Shown here: positions 42,251 to 57,655 of the stretch, piece by piece | Numbering within the stretch: the first letter of the stretch is position 1 | Layout of the letters: each line of letters opens with the position of its first letter | Assembly: GCF_009914755.1 (NCBI RefSeq) | Contig: NC_060938.1 | Length of the DNA stretch: 64,000 nt | Strand: one strand, 5' to 3' | DNA from: the human T2T-CHM13v2.0 reference genome, Homo sapiens | Made by a program: the position numbers and the translations under genes | Notes under the pieces: model-generated | Seen by the model: the letters and a program-made list of their open reading frames with translations, nothing else | Databases searched by the model: none | What the model was told of the DNA's origin: nothing

Positions 42251-43664
42251 TACTATTTAATAATAATTTACCTCTCCTCTGAAAGTTTACCTCTCTGAAC
42301 TTTTAATGGCTATGGGTCAATTTTGGTAAACTGTATTTCCAGCCATGTTTCTTCCATTTTAACTTGTGCTGAACTTAGATGTGAGAAGAGTATTAAGTTT
42401 TTTAAATGTCCTGCTTCATTTAGAGCACATTTATCCCCATGAATAACTTGTTTAAATATTATGGCTTAATGTATGAATTTTAGGTTCAACATGAAATCTA
42501 CCAGAGCTTGTATGTGAGGTTTTGTTCAAATTTCCCATGCTGTTCAAAGCCTAGTATTTACCTTCTGTGCTGTGTGAAGTCATTAATACAGAAGTGCTGG
42601 GGATTGGCTGAAGCTCCTTGGTAGCCTCAGACTTAGAAATTTTTTTACTTCTGACCTTGGAAATGTCTATTTATTTCTTTACTAGCTCAGTCATGTGCTA
42701 ATAAAATAAAATAGATGATATATTTCATCAGAACTTTTTAGTAAAAACAATTTCAGTATATGCAATCTGCCATAAAAATTTGACATAAAAGAATACAAAT
42801 GACATCTTCCAGTTTATATTAAATAAAATAAATTCATATGGATTGCTTTTTTCCCTATTAAATTAGCTGTTGTATTATAGCACTAGTGATCCATTGTCTT
42901 CATCTCTTTTCACTAACGGATAATTTTATATTGAAAATGTGTCTTAGGATTTCTCATTTATAAGTTCACTTATTTTTTAAATCAGTTAATACTGAGGTTT
43001 TACATTTGAAAACACATCCATATTAATGCAAATAATTCTATTAAATACCATAGATTACTAAGATTATATAACATCTTTACCAAGATCATTAAATTTAAAC
43101 TATTATTTGTTTATACAATTTCTACATCTAATTCTTCTCATTTGCAACACTCTCCATCTGCAGTTCATAACAAATAAGTAATATCTGCCTCTTCACGTTC
43201 CTTTCATAGAACATCATATAAATATTTGGTCTACATGGCAGTCAATAAGTTTTATGGATCCTGCATATGTTATAGAAAGTTTTTTAAAAAATAGTTTTCT
43301 TATAATTCCCAAAAAAAGGTTCTTGCTGTCAGTTCAAATGGAATAAATGCTAAGTAACTAATTCACTAATGGAAAGACCAACTCAAGGTCAACTATTTTC
43401 TGTGCTCTACCTAGAAATGTTACTGTGAGTAGAAGAAAACTTCTAAATAATGACTGGAGGTTATTTGTCATAAATAATTGCTCTTGAATACAATACTAAA
43501 ATCTGCATTAAAAATAAAATATTTTATATCTGTGCACAGAATATTCAGATGTCAAAAGGAGGCCAACTTCATAATAGGAAAACTTAAATTATAAGTAACT
43601 GTTAGAAAAATTTTTCACTGAATGCTTATTGCTTTATGTATCAACATAGACATTTGACTATTTT

Positions 43665-44875
43665 CCAGTTTTATTGAGGTATAACTGACAAATAAAAATT
43701 GTATATATTCAAGTTATACAACGTGAGTTGATATATGTATACACTCTGAAGTGATTACCACAATTAAATTAATTAACATATATAATCACACAATTACCCT
43801 TGTGTGTGTGTGTCTGTCTGAGTGTGTATAGCAAGGATCTTTCCCAAAGATTTACTATCGCAGAAATTTCAAATAAAGAATACATTATTATTAGCTAAAG
43901 TCACCATGCTATACATTAGAATATTATATTTTATTCATCTTATAACTGAATTTTTGTACCCTTTTGACCAGTAGCTCCCCATTTTCCCTAACCCCCAGCC
44001 TCTGACAAACACCATTCTATTCTGATTCTATAAGTTTAATTTTTTTAGTTTTCACGTACAAGTAAGGTCATAGAGTATCTTTTTGTGGCTGGCTCATTTT
44101 ACTTAGTATAATGATCCAGATTGTTGCAAATGGCAGGATTTCCTTCTTTTTATAGTTTAATAATATTCCACTGTATATACACACCACATTTTCTTTTTCC
44201 ATTTATTCATTGGCAGACACTTAGGTTGTTCCCAGTCTTAGCTATTGTGAATAATGCTACAACAAATTAGGGGTGCAAATATGTCTTTGAGATACTGATT
44301 TCATGTCCTTTGAATATGTATTCAAAATTGGAATTGCTAGATGTGGTAGTTCTATTTTTAATTTTTAGGTACCTCCATAATGTTTTACACAATGACTTTA
44401 CCAATTTACATTTCCAGCAATGGTGTGTGAGGGTTCCCTTTTCTCCACGTCCTTAACATTTGTTTTCTTGTCTTTTCAATAATAGCTAGATAATAGATTT
44501 CTAATAGATAATAGATAGATAGAGGCAACATCTCATTGTGGTTTAGATTTGCATTTCCCAATAGTGATGTTAGCCCTTTTTCATATACTTGTTGGCCATT
44601 TTAATGACTTTGTTGAAAAGATGTCTATTTAGGTCATTTGCCCGTTTAAAATCAGGTTATTTGAGTTTTTTGTTTATGTGTTTTCTTGTTGTTGTTGTTA
44701 TTGAGCTGTATGAGTTCTTTATATATTTTGAATATTAAAAGCAAAAATAAAAGAAGGGGATTGAAAATGAAAAGCATCTGCACAGCAAAGGAAGCAATCA
44801 ACAACAGGCAGTCCAAGGAATGGGATAAAATATTTTCAAAACATATATTTGATAAAGGGCTAATATCCAAAATAT
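43665..44875 (-). mobile_element. L1MA9/10-like 5'-truncated element with 5' inversion
   Basis: Antisense 3'UTR (ttgaggtataactgacaaataaaaattg) and ORF2 to 44737, then a sense ORF2 piece at 44737-44875. Confidence 0.8.
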
Positions 44876-44964
44876 GTTACTTACTCATAGGCCTTTTGGT
44901 TTTAATTTAATTCTTTTTCGTTTGACACTTTTTTCTTAAATCTTAGTATGCCTTTCTTAATCAT

Positions 44965-44991
44965 ATCTATCTATCTGTATATATATCTCAT

Positions 44992-45024
<33 letters not shown>

Positions 45025-45035
45025 GTACACACATA
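44965..45035. repeat. Compound (TATC)/(CA)n/(TA)n microsatellite
   Basis: Direct inspection. Confidence 0.9.
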
Positions 45036-45849
45036 CCCATATGTATCTTTCTAACTGCCAGGAAACTCTAATGCAATGTATTATCACAACAGGTTGCCTA
45101 AAAAATGGTCAGTGACAAATTTCTAAAGAGTATTTGCTCTAAAGAGAATCTCAGCAAGAGATAGTAAACTAAAGCCTTTTTAAAATGTAATAATTTAAGA
45201 TAGTCTATACATATAAGCATTTATAAAGATAATATATTGAAAAAATCACAAAACACAAAAGTATATAGAAAATTATATAAAATTCACTGTAATTCTATTA
45301 TCCAAGAGACATGACGAATGTGTTGCTACAGTTGCTTTTTATTTGTAACATATCTGAATGTGTATTTTTTAAAGTAGCAACATTACTGAATATATTTTTA
45401 AACTATGAACTTTTTTCTCTTTTACATTGTACTAGGAATATTTTTTCATAATAATAAAATATACTTTTAAAAAACCTAGTCTTTAAAGACTAGACAAATG
45501 GTTTGCCACCTATTTAATCAATGCAGTTATTCTATTTTGGGAAATGTCAGTTGCTTACAATTTACTATTATAAAAAATGCCACATTGATATACATGATAT
45601 CAAAATTTTCCTGAATAATTTATTATTTGTAAAGGTTGAATTACTGAATCAGGGTACATGTTTTTCATAAGGAGTATATAAATTTAATATTCCACTAATT
45701 TAATGTAAATTAGTCTATTAAGTAGGTATAAATGATATATTTCTTTGGATTTTGCATTTCTTTCTTTTATTCCAAGTAAATGTGAAAATTTTTATGGGCT
45801 AATTACAATTTTATCTTTAATATCAGGGTGTTAAAAATTCGATATTTTG

Positions 45850-48800
45850 GGATCGAGATAAAATCTACATAGAATTAAATGCATAAAATATTGAGTTTTA
45901 ATATATGTATGTACTCAAACACCATCAAAATCAAGGCATAAAATAATTCCATTACCTCAGAAAGTTCTCTTGTGTCTCCTTTCCAACAACCACAGAAACT
46001 ACTCTTTTAAATTATATCACAACAGATTAGGTTAGCCTCCACTCAAACTTTATATAAATGGGTTCATATCTGTTTTTAGTGTCTAGCTTTCTTTATTCAA
46101 CAAAATATTTTTGAGTCTTTCCATGGTGTAAATGCTGCATGTATCAGTAATGCATTTTTATTTATTAATTTATATATATTATTGGTATTTAACTGTATGA
46201 CTAAAATGTTAGTTTATCTATCTCTGGTTGGTAAATAATTACACTGATTCCAGTTTTATTCTGTTTTGAAAAAAGTATACAAACATTTTATACACTTTTT
46301 TGTGAATATATACATTTTAGTTTCTTTGGATAAATACTGAGCAGTCATATTGCTGGGTCTTAGTTTATTAGAAATTGAAAACTCTTTTTCAAATTGATTG
46401 TATGATGTGCAATGCTATTAGTAATGTAAGAGATGTTCTTCCACATCCTTGCCAAAATTTAGTGCTCTTTTTTTATGTTAGTCATTTTAGATGTTCTAGT
46501 ATCTCACTGTGATTTTAAATTATATTTTCCTAACTAGTAATAATGTAATGATATGGAGAAGATTTCATATCTAATGACCATAAAGTGTGTTTATTTATGA
46601 TGATTTGTATATCATCCTTATGGAATACTTGTTCAAACGTTTTGCCTGTTTTTATTTTTTATTTTTATACATTTATAATAACTTTATTCTTGATTCACCT
46701 TTTATCAGATGTGTCTCACAAATAAATTTCTATGAATTTGTGACTTCATTTTTTAACTGTATCTTTTAATGAGTTCCTTTTATTTTGTATAAATTCTGTC
46801 ATTAATTTTATTTTATGTTTAGTAAATTTTGTGTCCATAGATGTAGTAATTTATTTTTAATTTAATTTTACTGTGGCAAGAAAATATGTACTATAATATT
46901 TCAGTGTTTTGAAATGGTTCAGAAACATTTTATGGCTCTATCTTCATTAACATTTTCATATGCACTTGAAAAAAATGTGTATTCTTAATGTTTGATGAAG
47001 TACTCTATATGTCTATTAGAGCACCCAAGACAAGCTACCAAGTAACCAACTCATGATTCCACTAACCATGTAAAAGCCTGGTGCCCACTTACCACAGGGG
47101 GAGAACCTTAGCCAAGCAACAAGCTGACCAGCCTCATGCTTCCCTGAAGTATGGGCTGGACTGCACTCCACCCCCAGAAGAGTATAACCAAAATAGATGG
47201 ATCAGCCACACAAACCTCTGCAGCCTAAGCTACTGAAGCATGCACATGTATCACTGACAGTAACTATAGCTGAAGAAACAGCACAAAACTGCACTATGGC
47301 ACTGACCCAAAATGAAGTCAACCATTGGTTTTACCCTACCCAACCAACAATCTAGGACACATCTGCAGGTAAAAGTCTTTTCCCACAAAAACTACTCTAC
47401 AAAATTGGAAGATATGACTATTCTGCCAAATATATGGATACAAGAAACATAAAAATGCAAGGAAGCATGACACCACTAAAGAAGCACAATAATTCTCTGT
47501 TAACTGAGAATTATACCAGTTCTTCTTTGGGAAGAAATGGAAATTTATGAATTGCCTGAAAAGGAATTCAAAATAATAGTATTAAGAAAACTCAGAAAAA
47601 TATAAGAGTATGCAGATGAACAATTTAACAAATTCTGGAAAACAACTTATCATCTGAATTAACAATTCAAAATGAGATAGATATTAAAAAAGAACCAAAC
47701 TGAAATCTTGAAGCTGAAGAACTCAATGAATAAAATTCTTTAAAATAATCCAGTCATATATAAAAAAGAATACAATAGAATAAAGAAAGTCTGTTGGACT
47801 ATGGGACACCATTAAGTGAAAAAGTTTTTTAATTAAGAGAGTTTCAAGACAAGAGATGGGAAAAGGCTTGGAAAACCTATTTAATGATATAATATCTGAA
47901 AACTTCACAAGTCTTGGAAGACATATGGACAACTAAATTCAGGAAGCCAAAGATTCCATATAGTTTCAAACTAAAATGATCCTTTCTGAGGCACATTATA
48001 GTCAAACTGAAAAGTCAAAGACAGGGAATTCTAAAAATCTTAAAGAATAGCATCAAGTTGCATACGCGGGTGTGCCCATTAGAAGAATCTTCTCACAGAA
48101 GATTTCTCTCAGGATTCGACAGATCATCTAGGCAGAAAACCAACAAAAAACATAAGATTTAATCAGCAGTATAAAAAAAGGACCTAAAAAACATGTACAG
48201 AACATTCCATCCAGCAATAGCAGAATACACATTCTTCTCATTGGTGCCTGGAACGTCTCTCAGGATAAACCACATACTAGCCCAAAAAAATAAAGTATTA
48301 ATAAATTTAAGAAAAATTAAAATATATCAAGTATTTTTGGGACCATAATAAACCTAGAAATCAATAACAAAAACTTTGAATACTGCACAAATACATAAAA
48401 ATTAAACAACCTCTCCTAAACAACAATGTGTCAAGGAAGAAATTATTAAGGAAGTAAATAAATTTATTGAAACAAATAAAAACAGAAATACAACATGCTA
48501 AAACCTATGGAATACAACAAAAGTAGTATTAAGAGTGAGGTTTATACCAATAAGGACCTACATCAAAAATTTAGAGAGGTTTTAAACAACCTGACGATGC
48601 AACTCAATACACTAGAAAAGTGAAAACAAACCCAACTGCAAATTAGTAAAAGGAAATAAATAATAAAAGAGCTGAAATAAGTAACATAAAGACAAAAATA
48701 ATATAATCAAATAAATTTGTCTTTTGAAAAGATAAATAAAATCAACAAGCTATTAGACTACCTAAGGAAAGAATAAAGAAAGAAAAACCAAATAAATAAA

Positions 48801-51800
48801 ACCTAAAATGAAATATGAGACGTTACAGCAGATACCACAGAACTGCAAGGGATCATTACAGATGATTATGAACAACTATATGCTAAATAAAAATGGAAAA
48901 CCTAGATGGAATTTATAAATTTCTGGACACATACATCCTACCAAGATTGAACCTGGAGGAAATAGACAACTTGAACAGACCGGTAATGACTAATAAGATT
49001 GAATCAGTAAAAAAGAAAAGAGCATTCTAACAAAGAAAAGCCTGGGACAAGATGACATTATTGGCAAATTCTACCTAACATTTAGAGAAAAATTAATAAT
49101 ATTTTTGAAATTATTTCAAAATATTGAAGGATGGAGAATTCTTCCTAACTCATTCTATGTGACAAGCATTATCCCTATACCAAAACCAGGAAAGGACACT
49201 CCAATAGCAACAACAATAACAATGAGAAAAAACCTAGAAGTCAGTATTTCTGATGAATATAGGGTGCAAATATCCTCAAGAAAATACCAACAAAGTAAAT
49301 CCATAAGCACATAAAAAAGATTATACACCATGATCAAGTTGGACTTTCCTAGGGATGCAAGAATGATCCAGTATACATGAATCAATAATGTGATATATCA
49401 TACCAACAGAATAAGGAATAAAAATCATGTAATCCTTTCAATAGATGCAGAAAAACCATTTGATAAAATTCAGCATTTCTTGATGATAAAAACACTCAAC
49501 AAATTAGCTTTAGAAGAAACATACCTAAATGCAATAAAGGCCATGTATGACAAGTTCACAGCCAACATCATAATGAATGGGGAAAAGTTGAAAGCTTTTG
49601 CTCTAAGAACTAGAACAAAACAAGGATGACCACTTTTACAACTCTTATTCAACATAATACTGAAAGTCCCAACCAGAGCAATCAGGAAAGAGAAAGAAAT
49701 AGAACATATTGAAATTGGAAAAAAGAAAGTAAATTGTCTCTGTTTGCAGATGACATGATCATATAACAGAAAAATCTAAAGGAGCCATCAAAAATCTCTT
49801 GGGTCCAACAAATGAATTCAGTAAATTTGCAGGATGTGAAATCAATGTATAAAAATCAGTACCATTTCTATATACCAACAATGAACCAGTGGACAAAAGT
49901 ATCAGGAAAGCAATGCCATTTATAATAGCAACAAAATAAATAAAAAATGTAGGAAGAAATTTTCCAAGGAGATGAGAGATCTCTACAATGAAAACTCTAA
50001 AATATTGATTTTAAAAGTTGAAGAGCGCACACACACAAAAATAGAAAGATATCCTATGTTTATGGACTGGAAGAATAAATTTTGTTAAAATGACCATACT
50101 GCCCAAGATGATCTACAGATTCAATGCAATCCCTGTAAAAATACCAAAGATATTCTTCACTGAAATAGAAAAAAAAAATCCTAAAATTTATATGGAACCA
50201 GAAAATACCCTAAGTAGCCAAAGCAATATTGAGAAAAAAAAAAAAAAAAAAAAACAAAACATAGTTAGAGGCATCACATTACCTGACTTCAAATTATGCT
50301 ACAAAGCTATAGTAGTCAAAACAGCATGACATTGGCATGAAAACAGAAGTGTAGACCAATGGAACAGAATAGAGAACCCAGAAACACTTCCACATTTTAT
50401 AGCCAGCTGCTATTCAATAAAGGTGCCAAAAACATTGGGGAAAGGACAGTCTCTTGGATAAATGGTGTTGGGAAACCTGGATATCCATATGCAGAAGAAC
50501 AAATCTATTCCTCCATTTCTTACCATACACAAAACCAATTCAAAATAAATTAAATACCTAAAAGAAAGACTTGGAAACTATGGAACTACTAGAATAAAAC
50601 ATAAGTGAACTGCTTTAAAATATTGATCTTAGCAAGGATTTTATGGTTAAGACCTCAAAACCACAGGTAACAAAAGCAAAAATAGTGGGATTATATCAAA
50701 TTAAAAATGTTCTACAGAACAAAAGAAACAATCAATAGAGCTAAGAGACAACCTGAAGGATGGGAGAAAATATTTGCAACTATTCATCTAATAATTGATT
50801 AATATCCCATATAGGTAACTCAAACAACTCAACAGCAAAAAAGTAAAAATAAAAATTGATCAAAAACGTTCAAATGATCTCAGTAGACGTTTCTCAGAGG
50901 AAAACATACAAATGGCCAACTACATGAAAACATGTTTAACATCACTAATTATTGAAAGAAAACAAACCAAAACCACAATGAGATATCATCTCACTCTGGT
51001 TAGAATGGCTATTAGTTTAAAAAAATGGTGATGACGATGCAGAGAAAAAGGAACTCTTATACATGATAGATGGGAATACAAATTTGTATGGATGTTCCTC
51101 AAAAAGATAAAAATAGAATTGCCATATGATCCTCCAATCCTATTATTGGGTATATATGCCAAGGAAAAGAAATTTGTTTGTCAAAGAGATATCTGCACTC
51201 CCATGTTTATTACAGCACTATCCACAATAGCCAAGATATGCAGTCAACCTAGTGTTCATCAACACATGAATGGATTAAAAAATGTGGCATATATACCATT
51301 CAGCCATAAAAAGCATGAAGTCTTGTCATTTGCAGCAACATGGATGGGCCTGGAGAACATTATGTTCAGTGAAATAAGTCAAGCATGGAAAGATCAATAC
51401 CACATGTTCTCAGTCCTATGTAGAAACTTAAAAGTTGATCTCATAGAAGTAGAGAGCAGAATAGTGGTTACTAGTGGCTGAGAAGAGTGTTTAGGAAGGT
51501 TATGGATACAAAATTATAGCTAAGTTGGAGGAATAGTTCAAGTGTTCTATAGCACTGTAGAGTGAATATAGTACACAATAATTATTTTATTTTTTCAAAT
51601 AGCTAGAAGAGAGGATTTTGGATGTTCCCAACACAAAGTTTTGAGGTGACAGGTATGCTAATTACCCTAATTTGATCATTACTCATTGTATACATGTATC
51701 AAAATATCACATTGTACCCCATCAATATTCACAATTATGTGTCACTTTAAAAATATTTATTTAAAAAAATTTAAAATATTTATTAGGCCAAGGTGTGTGA

Positions 51801-52435
51801 TGGTATTATTCAAAACTATAAACTTATTAATTTTATTTTCTATTCTATTAATTACTAAAATATGGGTATTAAAATATCTAGGTATGACCACAGATTGTCT
51901 ATGTATCGTATCAGTTCTGTTGGTGTTCTCAACGTATTTTGAAGCTTTGCTATTGCTATTGGGAGTATGCACATTTATGGTTATTGTGTCTTCTTTTTTT
52001 AAAATTACTCTTTATAAAATTGTTTTCTTTATCTCTAATTATCTTCCTGTCTTGAAAATTCACTTGTTTTTGTTGAAACAGTCCAGCTTTCATGTGATTA
52101 TTGTTTACATTATATATCTTTTATTCATCATTTTACTTTCCACCTAAGACTTTATCTTTAAAGTACATGGATTATAGTCACCATATAACTGTTGAGCTCT
52201 TTTTTAAAAATCCGGTCTCAAAACATCTAATATTTAGTAGCATGTTTAGCCCATTTACATTAAATATAGTTGTTGATATTGTTGGATTTGTTTCCACCAT
52301 TCTGTTATTTGTTTAGTATTTATCTCTGTATACTTTGCATTCCTCTGTTTCTCTTTTTCTGCTTTACCTTGGGTAAGTGGAATGCTTCTTTTAAGATTCA
52401 AGTTTAATGTTTATATTTTATTTTGCATTTTTAGA
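45850..52435 (-). mobile_element. Ancient L1M (MD/ME-like), antisense, split by the L1MA at 47023-51775
   Basis: Antisense L1 3' sequence at 45850-47022 resumes after 51776 (tatgtctattagagc / tatttattaggcc at the two junctions). Confidence 0.6.
47023..51775 (+). mobile_element. L1MA2/3-like element (partial 5'UTR, ORF1, deletion near 48110, ORF2, 3'UTR)
   Basis: RT remnants [13 protein letters not shown] and tttgcagatgacatgatc. 3'UTR aaatagctagaagagaggatttt...ctaatttgatcattac. Confidence 0.88.
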
Positions 52436-52559
52436 GGATCCTCCTTGAACTGTACTGTTCAATACAGTAGCTTATATGTACCTATATGTATCTATTTAAA
52501 TTTCAAATTTAATTAATTAAACTGAATATAATGATTTGTCTATCACTTTCCTAGAGATA

Positions 52560-53010
52560 GAAATAACATAATCAAATTTGCATTTTAGAAAATAATTCAC
52601 ATTAAGAATGTTATAAAGGATGGACTCAAGGCAGGAACACACAGAGGATATGAAAATGAAAACAGGAATATAGAATGAGAGGATTTCAGAAAAATACATT
52701 ATTATTAAATAAGCTAATATAATGAGGGTCTGAATTAGAGAAATGGCAATGAGTTTAGAATGGATTCTAGAGATACTTAGCAATAGAAGCAATGGGAATT
52801 ACTGAATAGTGTTAGTGAAAGGCTCGTGAAAGAAAACCATGTCAAAGATGAGATTTTTAATTAGATCGATTGTTCTTTTTTAATGTTTTGACAAGCATCA
52901 GGAATACAGAAGCAGGAGACAATTTTAAAGTGAGGTGAGTAAAAAAATGAAATTAATTTTGAACTTAAAATTGCGTGCCTATGGCTTTTGGATGTGTCCA
53001 ATAGGAAGGA
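52560..53010 (-). mobile_element. L2 fragment
   Basis: Purine-rich antisense L2-like tract (ggattctagagatac, gtcaaagatga, gtgtccaatagga). Confidence 0.45.
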
Positions 53011-53860
53011 TGGAAGAGCAATATATTTTAATTTTGTGCAGTTAGTAAAATAACATCAAAGTCTCTAAAATTATACATCTCAGTACAGAAATGTATAAAA
53101 TAGAAGCAAATAGGACAGTCTAATAGAATATAAAAATAATGAAATGGCATCTCACTGATTGTCTGATCATTCTCTCTTTTTGGAAATAAAGATTCCCAAA
53201 CTACCTAATGCTGATTTCATTACTATTTTGTTATTTCAGAGTCTTCTGTTTCCGTTTTGGGTAGCCCTTTTCCTTTCCCAACTCCCTACTGCATTCAGTG
53301 AAAAGGGCTCTCAAGTTCACCTGTCAAATTCAATTAACTGCTGTAAGCTGTCCATGGTGACACTTGCTATAATTAATAGAGAAAACCAGCATAAATGCAC
53401 CCTTCAGAGTACTCTGTAATTGAGTGTGAAGTCTCATGAGATCTCTTCCTCAATTCCAAGTGCATGGAGGTTTTGGATGGTATGTGGGTTGTGCTATAGA
53501 AACCATTTATAAACAAGTTGTATGTGTGTTGCCCAAACTTCCAAATACCAACAGGTTTGCACTCAGGAATCATGGTTTGAGAACACTGAGAGTTTTCTGT
53601 GTAAACAGGCAGTTTTAACTTCTTTTTTTGCTTATTTATCTGAATAGGTATTTCAAATTTTTCCCTTCTTTTTACTCTCACCTATCTATAAAAGAAAATT
53701 ATTTCAATCTTCTGTAATATAATGACCATTGAATTGAACCATGTTTAATTCTAGGTGATAATTACATAATACTTTAATAAAAATAATATTTTCTTTCAAA
53801 AATAGCAAGCAACATTTTCAAATTACTTTCCTCATTGTCCACAAAATTTGACATATTTTC

Positions 53861-54138
<278 letters not shown>

Positions 54139-55194
54139 GGATATATTTTCATAGTGGTCAGATTCATTAACACAACTTCTCAAAAGAGAAAATATTAAAA
54201 TGTGCAGAAATAGTTTAAAATGCCATTAAAATTTAGGATTTCATGCTATTTTCTAAATAAGCATTAAGCAATATAACTTTGTCTCTGTAACAGAATTTGC
54301 AAAGCTTTCTTGGAGTGCCAGTGTGACAATTCTGATTAAAAGTTAAATTGATCACTACTAGATGGTAGCCTAGGCAGGGACTATTGGTCCATATTGCTAA
54401 TTCCTAAATTTGTGTTGGGACAATAAGATAATACATGTGTTATAATTATCAGTTCTAGGCATAGAATGGGCATTTAGTAAATACTAGTCATTATTTTTAT
54501 TTTTAAATTAACATTTAATAAATATTTACTGTGTATCAGTCATGGTATTAGGTAATCTAAAAATTGATTTGTTAATCAGTCCTTTTAAATTTTTCAATTC
54601 TGAATTTTTACTAAACTTTGATTATTTTTATAGTCCATATATTATATAGAAATATATTTAATTTTATAAATTTTAGCACAATTATTTTTAACAAAAAATT
54701 GATACTTAATTATAAGTATACTCTATCAATCCAAATTAAATACTAAGGCCTTAACATATTTTTTGCAATTTTTTTACTTCAACATTTTCACACCATTTTT
54801 AGATTGTCAAAGCTCTACATAAAGATATTATCCACAGTTACTTAAAACATTCGTTTCGAAGTCTCATGATATCAATGATCATAAGTTATATTTCATGTAG
54901 TGTACCAAAAAAACCCCACACAACTCATAGAATAAAAACTACTTACCAGACTCTGTAGAAGATACAATGCATGACCTTTTCCTTAAATACTTAAATAATT
55001 TTTTAAATATATCCCCTGCATTTTAATAATTTAACCTTAGGTATTTTCATTTTACAAATGTAGATGTGCATAAAGACATTAAAAGTCTTATAATCAATTA
55101 GATATAAAAAATAAGATAAAAATTGAATTCAGTGTATTGTCATATTTTAAATTAAGACTTTATTTTTAAAATAAAAATAATGTACATAGGTTGT

Positions 55195-55707
55195 AAGGAA
55201 TATCAATCATTCTGTTATAGAGACACATGCATGTGTGTGTTCATTGCAACACTAGTCACAGTAGCAAAGACATAGAATCAACTAAATGCCCATCAATTAT
55301 AGACTGGATAAATAAATGCAGTATATATATATGTCATGAAATACTATGCAGCCATAAAAAAGAATGATATTATGTCTATTTAGGTACATGGATAGAGCTG
55401 GAGGCCATAATCCTTAGCAAACTAATGCAGGAACAGAAAACCAAATACCACATGTTCTCAATTATAAGGGGGAGCTAAATGATGAGAACACATGCACACA
55501 TAGAGGGGAACAGCAAACACTAGGGCCTATTGGAAGGTGGAAGCTAGAAACTGGGAAGTGGAAGAGGATCAGGAAAAATAACTAATGGATGGTAGGCTTA
55601 ACACCTGGGTGATGAAATAATCTATACAACAAACCCCCATGACACATGTTTACCTGTGTGACTAGCCTGCCTTTGTATCCCTGAACTTAAAATAAAAGTT
55701 AAAAAAA
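55195..55707 (+). mobile_element. L1PA13-16-like 3' fragment
   Basis: 3'UTR gaggatcaggaaaaataactaatgg...aacaaacccccatgacac. Flanked by ataggtt on both sides. Confidence 0.88.
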
Positions 55708-56321
55708 ATAGGTTTTTCTCTTAGCAATGATGTATCTAAGGCAACGGATTAATTTACAATGAGAATCAATACCGCCATGATGACCACACACTCAGTGTCT
55801 GGGATCGGTGCATACTGTTTCTATAAGGCAGAGTGGCACATAGTTTAGAATAACAAATGAAGATTGCTGGGGAGAGTATGACTTGCTGAGTTAGTTTTAA
55901 AAATGATTTTTTAAAATTAGGCTACTGATGCTTTAAAATGTACACAATTATATGATTTCTTTACGGTGATTTTTAATGCATAATGCATTAATGTGTTGAT
56001 TTCACAATTCAGTCTCTGAGAGCAACATTCATATTCCTAAATTCTTAGGACTATAGCTCACGTTAACTTCAAGATAAGGATAACAGTGTTTCTGTTTACT
56101 CTTTTTGTTTGTTTTATTCTGCCTGCTAATTCTCATCAGTTCCACTCTCCTTTAACTATGACAGTAGTTGAATATATTTTAATATCTACAGAAAATTTTA
56201 ATTTTTACTCTTCTATTCAAAACTATTTAGTTATTTTTGCCTCTTTCTTATTCAGCAATAATTTCAGAAGTACTTGTGTTTTTAAATTTTCAAAAGGGAC
56301 ATCTTTAAATTATTATTGTAA

Positions 56322-56625
56322 GGCCAGGCGCGGTGGTTCACACTTGTAATCCCAGCACTTCTGAAGGCCGAGGCGGGCAGATCACGAGGTCAGGAGATTG
56401 AGACCATCCTCGCTAACACGGTGAAACCCCGTCTCTATTAAAAATACAAAAAATTAGCCGGGCATGGTGGCGGGTGCCTGTAGGCCCAGCTACTCGGGAG
56501 GCTGAGGCAGAAGAATGTCATGAACCCGGGAGGCGAAGCTTGCAGTGAGCCGAGATCGCATCACTGCACTCCAGCCTGGGTGACAGAGTGAGACTCCGTC
56601 TCAAAAAAAAAAGAAAAAAAAAAAA
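56322..56625 (+). mobile_element. AluY
   Basis: CpG-rich; accatcctcgctaacacggtg and agcttgcagtgagccgagatcg. TSD aaattattattgta / agattattactgta. Confidence 0.95.
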
Positions 56626-57354
56626 GATTATTACTGTAGTTAAATGAATTACATAAATATTAGAAAAACTGAAATGTTTAGACCTTCAGGCCATATCATT
56701 CACAAACACGATTTGCTTCTTCATTGACTCAAGGTTTTTATATTAATAAATTTTTATTTTCTTCATTCAGGCCTTACATAATGTTCTTCTATTTTGTATT
56801 TATGTAGAATTATGGCCAAGATTTTTTTTCATTATAATGTACTATTGCTGGTATTCAGAAAATGTCTTTATTGGAGAACTGGAATATTGGCATATTGGAA
56901 AAGTTATTTATCTCCATTTGAAATGGTCTTATATCAAGGCCATTTGTTGAATGATCTCATTATTCTTACCCATTTATATCCACCAGATCCAGTTTTATCC
57001 AAATGATTTTATTCGTTGAGGGAAGATTTATGACCTTATAGCAGGCATTGTGTGAACCTGGAAAGATATATAGAAATAAGGAACTTTTATAACCAGTGCA
57101 TGAAGGCAACTTGTTCTAGTGAATGGGAAAGGATGAAAAGAAAAACAAAAAAGTGGATATTAAAGGTGGCATTGAAAAAAAGAACAAACATCCAGCCTAG
57201 AGAATCGGTGTATTACCATGCAATGCTTTATAGACTTGCCTCAAACCACTTTGCTTACCTTCAGTTATGGATTTGTGCTTGGCTGTGTTTTTCCTTGCCA
57301 ATATGTGAAACCGCTCTATCTCATTTGATTCATAAAGTGTTGAACATCTTAAAC

Positions 57355-57655
57355 ATGTTTAATTGCCACATAATCATACATATTAATGGGTTACAGTGTG
57401 ATATTTCAATATATGTATACAATGTGTAATGATCAAACCAAGGTAATTAGTATATCCATTACCTCAAACATTTATTATTTCTTTATGTTGAAAAAAATCA
57501 AAATCCTCTTTTCTAGCTATTTGAAAATATACACTAAGTTACTGTTAACTATAGTCACTCTACAGTGCTATCAAATGCTAGAACTTATTCCTCCAATCTA
57601 GCTGTAATTTTACATTTATTAACCAAACTCTCGCTATCCCCTTACCCTTCCCAGA
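57355..57655 (-). mobile_element. L1MA 3'UTR fragment
   Basis: aatgtgtaatgatcaaaccaaggtaattag...aaaatcctcttttctagctatttgaaa, the reverse complement of the 3'UTR type seen at ~51600. Confidence 0.8.

Larger units (their letters stand above)
39520..42400 (-). mobile_element. Ancient L1M antisense fragments (host to MER3 and MER21)
   Basis: T-rich, degenerate antisense ORF2 motifs (taccatttattaaat, ttttattcctaaatgtt, tttagggtttttacactgatattt). Confidence 0.55.
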
